The notes below the pieces were generated by a model. It was not told the origin of the DNA. It saw only the letters and a program-made list of their open reading frames with translations, and did no database searches. The translations under genes and the position numbers were made by a program. A DNA stretch of 64,000 nt from Azolla caroliniana (Eukaryota; Plantae; Polypodiophyta): NCBI GenBank assembly GCA_043228905.1, contig JBHGNT010000005.1, positions 12,276,001-12,340,000 on the forward strand, written 5' to 3'. Within the stretch, counting starts at the first letter, position 1. Every line of letters starts with the position of its first letter. This document shows positions 37,566-48,609 of the stretch, piece after piece.

Positions 37566-40500
37566 ATGGCGGGAGATGGACATGCGCGGGAAACGAAAAA
37601 GGGCGGCTCGAGGCAAAAGCCACTATATAAGACACAGGCCTGCAAAGGCCTTACTTTTTACGAAATTTCCTACACACAGGCGCAGAAGCACAGAAGAGCG
37701 ATCCGACGCACAGCGCACACACATCCTGATCCCCAAGAACAGACAGCAGAAGAAGAATTCGAACCAATGGCACTGTCGGAGGAGGCACGCCAATGGATGA
37801 GGGAGAACGGGTTAGAAGGATTGTTGCGGATCGCCGACGCTCCACCACACGCAGAACCAGAACAAGCGGCAGCATCGATTGATTTATCAAAAATCACGGA
37901 AGGAGCAGTGCAGGCGCTCACGGGGATAAAAGCAGGAGGACTTCAAACGATCGAAAACCCTTCAAGTGAAATCCTGTTCGAATATTTCGGTGAGTATTCC
38001 ATCAGCAGCAAGGCGTACCGTACACAGGGCGGAGAGAACCTGTTGTTCGGAGAAGTGGCCCGCGCCATGATGGAATACGGATTCGTGAATTCTCGTCCCC
38101 CGGCCATACCCAGGTACCGGGCAGCGTTCCTAATTGCAACGTACGAAGGATTACAAGTGGACTGGCTCCATTTCATAACCGAAGGATTGAAGGAGGCCAT
38201 CAAGAACCTTGTGGAAGGAAAAAAGCCATGGGCCGGGATAGCACAATGGCTAACGGTGTTAATCCCACCGGTGCTCCCCATCAAACAAAAGAAAAGAGGC
38301 CGGCAGGAGACGACGCCGAAAAAGGTCACAAAGCGCCGATATATCCTAGAGAAACACACCCCCGGATGGACCCGGGAAGAAGTAGAACAGCGGGGGGAAG
38401 GACCATCCCGACAGCAACAGGAACCGGCAACAAAGGCAAAGGGAAATCGGCCGAGGAGGAACCAATAGCGCTCAAACCAATCAATATAACGTTGCGACGG
38501 CCGGAACCGGAACCAGAGGTCTTTATACAAAAGGTCCGTCTGGTAGCCGCACCGGAGGAGGAAGCTGAAACAGAAGACTCATCCGAACCACTAGTAAGAC
38601 TCCCAGCAAGACAAGGTCGGGAAAGACGGGCGAAAGGACCGGCTCCACCAGTTGACAAAACTCAGCAGAGGGCACAAGGACCACCTCCAGTAGCCGAGGC
38701 GGAAGCAGTACCGGAACCCATACCGAGGGAAGCAGCACCGACACCGGTTTTGCTGGACTTCAGAGAACCGGTCATCCCAGAGAAGAGGAATGAACAAGCG
38801 CCGGAGCCAGAGAAAAGGCCGGAAAAATAGCCTGAGTTAAGGAGTAGAAGTGAGCAAGGCTACCCCGACACAGGAAGCACAAAGCCACAATGGCTGAGAT
38901 GGCTTTCGGAGCAGTTATCGGGAGTAGCGGACCAGTTAGAGGAAGAAGAAACGTGTAGGCAACATCTGACGCACACAGCAACCCAGGAGTTGGTCGCGCT
39001 CCGAACACAGATCGAGGAATTGCAAGGGGAGCTGTTGCAGGCAAGGGAAGGAATTCAACAAGCACAAGTTGTCACCGAGCCGATCGGGACAACAAGGAAG
39101 TAACCAGAACCGGAACCAGAACCGGTAGCCTTGCAAACCGGCCTTGAGACCGAAAAAATAATAGAAACCTTACGAGAGGAGTTAAAAGCTCAGGAGGCAT
39201 TAAGGGAAAAAGAAAGGGAGCAGCGGAAAGCGGTGGAGGACGACAGACGAAAAATGGAAGAAGGCCTCCGGAAAGGCCGAGCCACTAATGACCGACTGCA
39301 AGAAGAAAAAGAGAAGCTGCAAAAGGAGAAGGACCGACTGCGTCGACATGCCGAGCAAGAGATAGAACGATTGCAGGAAGAACTCCGACAACAGAAGGAC
39401 CGGGATGACCGGTTAAGAGCTCAGGTAAGCCGACGCCTGAAGCAGAAGACGGAGGACTTCGACCGTCTCTACCGAGATCACAAGCAGGCCGAGTCGGACA
39501 ACAAGAAACGGGCAGCAGACTACGACCGGCAAATAGAGAAGCTGAAAGAACAGCTCAAAGAGACCCGATTAGACCTGGCTAAGACAATGGATGAGGTCAG
39601 TGCCAAAAAGGAAGCATTGTCGGCGGAAATAACCCAAGTGACGGAGAGAAGGAAGGAATTAGAGGCGCTAAGGCGGGAAAAGCTGGATCTGACCAAGATC
39701 AGGAATGAAGAAAAGGAAAGATCAACCTTCACGATCAACAAACTGCAAAGTACCTATGAAAAGCAGAAAGCGGATTACGAGGCCCAGGCTCAGATAATGG
39801 CCGACATTATAAAACGGGCAAGGAAGGAAAAGCAAGAAGCTTATGCGCATGCTAAGGCGGGGGTTGACCGGATCAAGCTCATCATGTCAGGTTGGAGTAC
39901 CCGAGCTCAGGCAAGCATCAACGAAAGTACGGAAAAGCTATGGAAGGAGGGGTCACAACAGGCAGCTGAGCTGCAGACACTCCGAGCTGATGCCGAGAAT
40001 AGGAGGAAGACCGGTGACAAGTTCTACAAGATGGATGAAGAAAGTATCATCGCCATTCGGGAAGAATTGTCGGAGGATTTCTACGCTTTAGCGGAAGAAC
40101 ATCTCAAAGAAATCCGAGGGTTGGTAGAGAGGTTGGATGATGGGCAGCTCGTAACTCAGTTGGAGTTGGAGAAATACGAGCAGGACCGGTTACGACAGGA
40201 AGCCAAGGGAAGAACGACGCCAATCACTATAAGTGAGGGAGAGCGACCGGCTGAAGTTGAACCAACCGACACCGAACAACCCCGACAAGGAATACCCGAA
40301 GAAGAACTTCCGTTCGAAGGAAATCAAGAAGAGCAGGAGCAGACCGATGTCGGAGAAGAGGAAGAGCTGAGACCGGAAGACACCAGAGCAGAGGAAGAAG
40401 GCGCACCAAGCCGACCAGTCGAGACCGGAGAAAGCGACACTGGTAACAGAACAGAGCCTGGAACGGAGGGAGAACAGGAAGAACCCGGACGGAGCGGTGA

Positions 40501-40669
40501 GGAAGCACCGGCACCACAAAATCAAGCAGAGCCCGAGCAGCAAATTTTTACGGAACAGCCAACCCAATCGAAGGTCAGAGACCAGGCAGGCAAGGAACAG
40601 GAATTGGAGGAAGAAGCACCACTTGACACCATCGAGCAGAGTGTGCTCGATATTTTGGAGGAAGAATGA
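37566..40669 (+). pseudogene. Additional ORF downstream of pol in Gypsy B (globular part, Pro/Glu linker, long coiled coil, acidic tail), frameshifted
   Basis: ORFs 37566-38468, 38228-38830 and 39131-40669 between integrase and 3' LTR, sense strand; E/K/R/Q-rich heptad-like segment. Confidence 0.75.
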
Positions 40670-41244
40670 GGCCGGGAGTGGATTCGAAGTGCAAGGCACT
40701 TTCCCACGGGCGTGCCATGTGTTGGCCGGTCAGAAGAGCAAGGACAAGTGGGAATGCGGAGTCGGATCGGATAATAGGAAGTAAATAATAGTATAATTAT
40801 TATTCGGAGGGACGGATCCGGTACAGTTGTACCGATCCGGATCCGGACCGATTCGGATGCCGGTTGCCTAAGCGCACCGATTGTAACCTTGCCGGATGCC
40901 TATAAAAGGATCTGATGATTTGTAAAGGGTTTGACGAAAGGAATACAAATAGAATTATTGCGTTTTTATCTGTATCTCTGTATTGTTTACCGTCTGTGCT
41001 TAATTGTAATCATCTTACGCGTGTAACCTAGCATCCAATCCTTACCACCCCTTTGGAGAAGTGTCGGATAGACACCTATGTTGAGGCTAGTCCGGCCAGG
41101 CAGACAACACCATTCGCCTCATCGTGATCGTGTGTTGTGCTCTATGCCGACGACCAAGAACCGGCTCATCGCTATCGTAGCTTAGCTACATAGCTCGCAT
41201 TCGAAGAGAGAAGAAGAAGAAGAATCGACATAATGAATACTCAA

Positions 41245-41622
41245 ATGGGGAGCGCTCTCCCTACCGAGAAGTTGGATCGAAACAACTTCGCATCTTGGGA
41301 GTACAAGATGCGCCAATACCTTATCGGACAAGGCTATTGGAGCTACATCAAAAGAGAGCACGAAGACTGACCCACTGAAGCGGCTCCCGGAAACGCGACA
41401 TGGGAGCAAGCCGCAAGCCGCGTGATATATTGCTTGGCGACATGTGTTCACGATCACATGCTCGGCTACATTCGCGAAGCCAAGACGCCGAAGGAGGCAT
41501 GGGAAAATCTACAAAAGATTTTCGCGGCGAACACAACCGCAAGAAGGCTTCAACTCTGCCAAGAGTTGAACAACATTCAACAAAGGGACGTGTCCATCAC
41601 GACATACACCTTGAAGATCAAG
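41245..41622 (+). pseudogene. Copia A gag, 5' part
   Basis: EKLDRNNFASWEYKMRQYLIGQGYW..AKTPKEAWENLQKIF; continues as LKIK|ELCDSLGSI after 48609. Confidence 0.88.
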
Positions 41623-43322
41623 CCCAGGGGCTCCACTATATATAAAGAGGTTATATCACGTGCGTTCACGACACCTTTTATAAACCCCTTATACGTATGT
41701 TTTTTACTATTTTAGATACCCTTCTATAAAAATACGGTTAATAAAAATACCCCTTAGTGCCAATATATATTTTGACAACAACTCATTTTAAATGCCCTTA
41801 CATAGAAGACACATGTATGTTTTATACATATGTGTATGTATGTATTATATTGTATAGCATATGTTGTATATATTTTATGTATGTATGTGTTATGTGTGTG
41901 TTCATATGTATGTATTGTATTCCATATTTATTTATATTGTATGTGTGGTACATCTTAGTTGTATAACATGTGTGTATGTATCTATGTGTTATGTGTGTAG
42001 GGGCTCGTGTCTATTTGCACCTAAATCATAGATATTCTTTTACTAATAAAGACTCAAGAGTTCATTATTTGGTTTGATAGTTATTCTATATTTAAACTTC
42101 ATGAAATTTCATCAACAATCATCATGAATACCCCATCACTACAAGTTCCTTCAAATGCTCAATAACTTCTCACATCACAACATTATTTAACGAGGAAGAG
42201 ATTAATATATGACTGATTCAATATGTGAAGCTTATCAAGCATATCTGTGCTACATGGGTCAAGCCACATTTACCATACATATCAATCACACTATTGGCAA
42301 TACAACACCTCTTTCTAATACACCTTTTCCTTAGATTATATAGTTTGCAACAAACAAACACATGCAAAACCAACTTGCTATAATAATGACATACCTACGG
42401 TTCAAATAATGTTTCAAACAAACAATAATTCATTAGACAAGAGGAAAGTAATATATTACAACACATGCAATGATTTATTTATCAATCTCCTTCCTTTACA
42501 ACAAGTAGAAATGAGGACCTTGCATTCTCCTAATGATGTAGCACCAAGAAAGATGAATACAATGTTAGGTGATAATAAAAATCCACAGACACAGTTAGTG
42601 AAGATTAAAGTGGGTGGGATTCGATGAATAAACACCCACTTGGCTTCAGAAATGTTCCTAATAAATGTCAACTGCCAAATCCAAAAAGTCATGAAAGGAA
42701 TGAAGACCATCCATACTTATAGAACAAAAGGCAATCATAGGAAGAAATGCATGCTTCGACCTCCCTTGTTAGCCTCAAAACAAACTCATGGTATGAGAGC
42801 CTTGATGGTGCATTCTTAGCATAACTGAACACCAAAATAAAATCTAGTTAGATGTGAAGCCTAGTCTCAAGTATTGAAAGCTCCATATCCTTAAATACAA
42901 AGATATCATATAGAAAAGCAATTAAGCACAACGAGCCTTTGATGAAAATATCCAATTAACTCAACATCTCCATCACCACACATAGTACATGAATATTTGT
43001 TGTTGTGCTCTCTTATAAATAGCCCATTATTTTTCTTCCATTTGAAATAATGAAAAGAAAACAAATATTTGAAGAAAAAACTTCAAACAAATGGGACAAA
43101 ACTCCCATATTAGTTAAAAAAGAGTTTTAAGAGAAAAAATTTGGATTAAGCCAAATATCATCTCCCTCTATACTTTCCTTTCCAACCATTTCATTCTTAT
43201 TTTTGCATACTTCTCTAATAGAAAGAAAGACATAGATCATAAGCAAAAACCCTAGTCATAATAGTAAATTTTGTCGGTTTTTTGTTTCAATTTTACAATA
43301 GCTAATCAAAAGTTAAGCCAAG

Positions 43323-43475
43323 CTAAGCTTTCTCCAACTTCAATGGCTTAACGATTTCCCATGTGAAGTCGGGGTCATCACGATCAAAGTGACCATATGT
43401 AGGGGTCTTCTGGTAATGTTTGTTTCAGCCTCTACGAAGGTTGAGGTGGATAGCCATAATCTAAGGTCGAAAATC
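43323..43475 (-). pseudogene. SAMS: S-adenosylmethionine synthetase C-terminal fragment
   Basis: [48 protein letters not shown] resembles the plant SAMS end ([31 protein letters not shown]). Confidence 0.88.
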
Positions 43476-43729
43476 ATTGGGATTAGGGTTTCCTGAAGTA
43501 AAACAATTTCTCATCATTTCATTTCAATTTCAAGAATAAAAAGGAAACACAATGAATACATTTTCCTAAACTATTATACATTCCTTGACCAATATGCACA
43601 ATCATTGGGGATTAGGGTTTCCTAAAGTAAAACAATTTCTCATCATTTCATTTCAATTTCAAGAATAAAAAGGAAACACAGTGAATATATTTTCCTAAAC
43701 TATTATACATTCCTTGACCAATATGCACA
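43472..43729 (+). repeat. 129-bp tandem duplication
   Basis: AATCATTGGG(G)ATTAGGGTTTCCT..AATATGCAC starts at 43472 and 43601. Confidence 0.9.
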
Positions 43730-43873
43730 ACCAAACTTGGTTTCTACTAAGCTCCTAAGAAGAATAGTGTTCAATCTTTTCTCATGACTTTATTTGCATG
43801 AAAAAGGACAAAACGTGCCAACAATGAGTGAAGAACAAGGCTCAACATCCACCAAGGTCACAAGAAGAATACA

Positions 43874-44010
43874 TACCGGGACAATGCAATGACGAGCAAG
43901 TCTTGTTGCTGCAACAATACTCTTCACAACGTGCCTCACAATGTAGCATTACTCGAATCGAACTTGGTATGGTCCTTCCTAGAGAAAGCACCACCATCAT
44001 GACCTCCCCA
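43874..44010 (-). pseudogene. SAMS: S-adenosylmethionine synthetase internal fragment
   Basis: WGGHDGGAFSRKDHTKFDSSNA/YIVRHVVKSIVAATRLARHCIVPV (one frameshift) resembles [39 protein letters not shown].IVQV. Confidence 0.85.
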
Positions 44011-44596
44011 TGAGGCTTCTCAAGACCAAAAGAACTCTTCTTGCCTATGAAATGACAATAGCAAATACACAAATTAACATGGAAAAAAAGAACATGAGAT
44101 GGAATGCTACCAATGCATGTGTGCATGCATTCATACATGCATACAAATAGACACATACAAACACAACCATGCATATGCAAATACACATGCACACATATGA
44201 ATATGGTAAAAAATTGATATGGTACTAAACCAATAACCCTCAAAAAGTGGTTTGGATCCTAATAGCCATAAAGTCTTGCCTTCTTATAGCTCATCCTACA
44301 CATCCTTGCTTGCTAAAGGAGGGCCACTTCTAAGAGGTCGATCACGCTCATGGCTCCTTCTCTCTTGCTCTCTTTACTTTCTTTTCCTCTCTCTCTCTCT
44401 CAAACCAAAGCAACTCACTTACTATTGATAACTCCAAAATGTAAACATACATACATCCATGTCATGAAAAAGAAACCCTTATAAATAAATTCCCAATAGC
44501 CACTTTTTCTAAGCAACTAGACTTAATAAAGTGGAAAAAGGCTGAATACAAAATGCAAACAAAAAGACATTATTTCTACTCTAATAGTTGAATTAA

Positions 44597-44798
44597 TTAT
44601 TTGTAATCAAACAATGAGAATACCATATCATCATCTCTTTCTTCTTGTTTCTGTTTTACTTCTTCCTTCTCTTCTACAATAGGAGGACCACCACTACCCC
44701 CTCCCCCACCCCCAACCGATGTTATTGCTCCACTAGACACAAAACTGCCCCTCCTCCACCGCCAATGATTACCTGGAAGACCAATCCAAAAGCGTAAG

Positions 44799-44864
<66 letters not shown>

Positions 44865-44996
44865 CATAAGCAAGTGCTAAAGATTGAAGGAAGAATCAGC
44901 GAATCCCTCAAGGCAACCTCCATCCTCAGAAGCAAGGTGTTGCTTAGCACTCCAAGAGCCGCCACCGCTTCTGCCGATGAAGGTGAAGACGGCCAT
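44597..44996 (-). pseudogene. RPP3: 60S acidic ribosomal protein P3 copy interrupted by (TC)n
   Basis: MAVFTFIGRSGGGSWSAKQH..LEGFADSSFNL*, then a (TC)n tract, then VFQVIIGGGG..EEKEEVKQKQEERDDDMVFSLFDYK*. Matches the plant P3 N-terminus (MGVFTFVC..WTAKQH), VFQVIIGGG and the acidic P-protein tail. Confidence 0.85.
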
Positions 44997-45071
44997 AGAT
45001 ACAAGTAAACCTTGTCTCTCTCTATCTTGTTCCTCTGTGAGAAAAAGGAAGAGAAGAAGTTAACAAAGATG

Positions 45072-45105
<34 letters not shown>

Positions 45106-45214
45106 CCCCCCCTTTCTTCTTTTCCCCCCCACTTTTTACTAACAACATATATCTATCTAATCTCCCCCCTCCTTTCTTCCCCCATTTTTTCAAACAATTA
45201 GTGTTTTAAAAATT

Positions 45215-45549
45215 GTGTGTGTGTTATATATATGTGCATGTGTATATATGTATGTGTTGTGTGTATGTATGTAGGTACATATTGTATAATTTTATTGTAT
45301 TGTATGTGAGTGTATTACATACAATATAATATGTATGTATTGTGTGTATGGCATGTGAGTATGTAGGGTATGTGTTCTGTGCTTATGTGTATGTTCTATG
45401 TATTGCATATGTATTGTATGTTCTATGTATGTGCATTGTATTCCATGTGTGTATGTATGTATATGTTTTATACTTGTGCTTAAGTATGTATTGTATGTAT
45501 TATATGTATGTTCTATATATGTGCATCTGTATTGTATTGCATGCATATC

Positions 45550-45603
<54 letters not shown>

Positions 45604-46349
45604 TGTATGTATGTATGTATGTATGTATGTATGTGTATGTATTGATGCGTATATGCATGTTTATGTATGTACATGTTGTGTGTATGTATTGATGCATATA
45701 ATATGTATGTATGTACATGTTGTGTGTATGTATTGGTGCATATAATATGTATGTATGTACATGTTGTGTGTATTTATTGATCCGTATAATATGTATGTAT
45801 GTACATGTTGTATTGTATTGTATCGTTTTGTTTTAATTGCATTATTGTATATATGCATTGTATGTATGGCATGTGTGCATGTGTATGTATGACATACATA
45901 TTGTATTGTGTTGCATGTATATATATGTATGTGTTGTGTGTATATGCATGTATGTACATGTTTTATTGCATTTTATTGTATTGTATCATTTTGTATTAAT
46001 TGCATTATTGTATGTATGGCATGTGTGCATGTGTATGTATGTACATACTGTATTGTGTTGAATGTGTTGTATGTATGGCATGTGACTATGTATAATGTAT
46101 GTATGTGCTATGTGTGTTTATGTTCTATATAGGTGCATATGTATGTATTGTATGTATGGCATGTGTCCATGCACATATGTTTTATGTGTGTGTGTGTGTG
46201 TGTGTGTGTGTATTCTATATTTCTACATATGTATGTATGTTATTATGTACATTGTATATATATCACGTGTCTATGTATGTATGTGTTATGTGTGTATGTG
46301 TGTGCGTGTGTGTATTTTCTATTGATGAACATATGTATGTATTGTATAT

Positions 46350-46424
<75 letters not shown>

Positions 46425-47508
46425 TTTCTATTGATGTACATATGTATGTATTGTATTGCATGTGTATAATATATGCATGTGTGTGTATGTACATATTGTG
46501 TTGTATTGCATGTGTTGAATGTATAGTATGTATGGCATGTGTGTGTATATATATTCTTTACATGTCCATATGTATGTATTCTATGTATGTCATGTGTGTA
46601 TGTGTATATGTGTATCTGTGTCTATTCATGCATACAATACAATATATACATACACACATACAACACATACCACAAACATATATACACATATGCACATATG
46701 TATGTACATATTGTATTGTATGCATGCATGCATGTATGGATGTAAGTTGGTAACATTTATACAAGTATCATTGTAGGCATGTGTACCTATATACGTCTAG
46801 CAGTGTATGAATGAATATATGTATGTCCATGTACAAATGCATATATGTGTATACATGTATATATATTTTCAGTGTATTTATCGTGTTTAGTATGTGTATG
46901 GCTCATTTATGGATGTATGTTTGCAATATCACATAATACGCATGCATATATTATCCAATGTATGTGTAAGCATACATGTATCTAATGTGTGTGTGTGTAT
47001 GAAAGTATTGTAACTTGTATGACCCTGTATGACCTATATATATAGTGATATGTGGAATATGTATGTATGTACCTGTATGCATATATGCACGTGTCAATGC
47101 ACATGATTTAATGTGTCTGGATGTGTGTTTATAATATGTGCATAATATGTATGTATATATCTAATGTATGTATGTGTATGCATATATGTACTATTATAGT
47201 GTGTATGACCATGTGTGTGTCTATGTTCGTGTATGTGGTGAGATGTATGTACATATGTAATGTATGTATGTATGTGTATGGATGTATGTTTGTAAAATTT
47301 GTATATGTAACATTGTAGGCATATGTACGTATATATGTGTAGCCATCTATGAATGAATATATGCATGTACATGTATGAATGTACGTATGTGTATATATGT
47401 AATGTATTATTTTTGGGATATTTTCATGTCTAGTATGTGTATGGATCGTATATGAATTTATGTTTTCAATATGTACGTAATATGCAGTCATATATCCGAT
47501 GTGTATAA

Positions 47509-47574
<66 letters not shown>

Positions 47575-47600
47575 TGTATGTATGTATGTATGTACATATG

Positions 47601-47634
<34 letters not shown>

Positions 47635-47679
47635 ATATATATATGTATGTATATATATATATGTATGTATGTATGTATG

Positions 47680-47713
<34 letters not shown>

Positions 47714-48440
47714 TGTATGTATGTATGTATATGTATATATGTAATGCAGTGTATGTATGTGTATATAAATTTGTATATTGTGTAATATGAATTGATCATA
47801 TGATATGTAATATGAAATTTTTATGCATGTATTAACATTTGTCAATACATATGGCTTATTATAATATGTATGTAGCATGTATGCATTTACATATTTGTAT
47901 TTATGTATGTGTATGTACATATCTACATATGGTAATATATATTTCTATACATATTCATGTTTAGTCAGTATGCATTTATAAATGGGTGTAATGTATGTAT
48001 ATACATATTTATGGATGTAATGTTTAAATGTAGGTACATATATGCATGTATGCATGTATGTATGTATGCCACTCCAAATTTGACTATTGTTTGCACAATA
48101 TATTCTTTATTATCTCATTGAAATATCTAATATTTCATTGGCTTATTATAATATGTATGTAGCATGTATGCATTTACATATTTGTATTTATGTATGTGTA
48201 TGTACATATCTACATATGATAATATATATTTGTATATATATTCATGTTTAGTCAATATGCATGTATAAATGGGTGTAATGTATGTATATACATATTTATG
48301 GATGTAATGTTTAAATGTAGGTACATATATGTATGTATGCATGTATATGTATGTATGCCACTCCAAATTTGACTATTGTTTGCACAATATATTCTTTATT
48401 ATCTCATTGAAATATCTAATATTTCATGGGCTTATGTAAT
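45215..48440. repeat. Low-complexity (TATG)n/(TA)n/(TG)n field, with a ~288-bp tandem duplication at ~47853-48430
   Basis: Read directly; source of the many spurious MYVC/HTYI ORFs. Confidence 0.95.
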
Positions 48441-48609
48441 TTTTTTCTATAACATAATTGATAATACCCTAATGTAAATATATTTTTTATGCATTTGTTA
48501 ATACCCTTATATATATACATTCTGTATCTCAATGGTTAATTTAAACCCCTTTTGATGAACTCACGTGCTATCATACAAGTTTTCACAGTGAAGCCCCCGG
48601 GAGATCAAG

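Larger units (their letters stand above)
22267..41109 (+). mobile_element. Non-chromovirus Ty3/Gypsy retrotransposon B with extra 3' ORF, inserted just after the Copia A PBS
   Basis: 390-bp LTRs 22267-22656 and 40720-41109 (about 6 differences by eye), TSD CCATT (22262-22266 / 41110-41114), PBS TGGCGACCACG (tRNA-Arg-like, inferred). Confidence 0.95.
41623..48601. mobile_element. Non-autonomous Pack-type TIR element (6979 bp) with host-gene fragments and microsatellite filler
   Basis: 8-bp TSD AGATCAAG (41615-41622 / 48602-48609). Imperfect termini CCCAGGGGCTCCACT / CCCGGGGGCTTCACT plus an inner ATAnCACGTGnGTTCA motif at identical offset (31-46). Removal restores the Copia gag frame. Confidence 0.88.

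Noticed and set aside
43323-44010. Functional link between SAMS fragments and the SAM-dependent methyltransferase
   Set aside because: They lie in independent insertions, and the SAMS pieces are partial and broken; proximity is most likely coincidental.
45292-48366. Many Met/Tyr/Val/Cys- and His/Thr/Ile-rich ORFs
   Set aside because: Translations of (TATG)n/(TG)n/(TA)n microsatellite; not genes.
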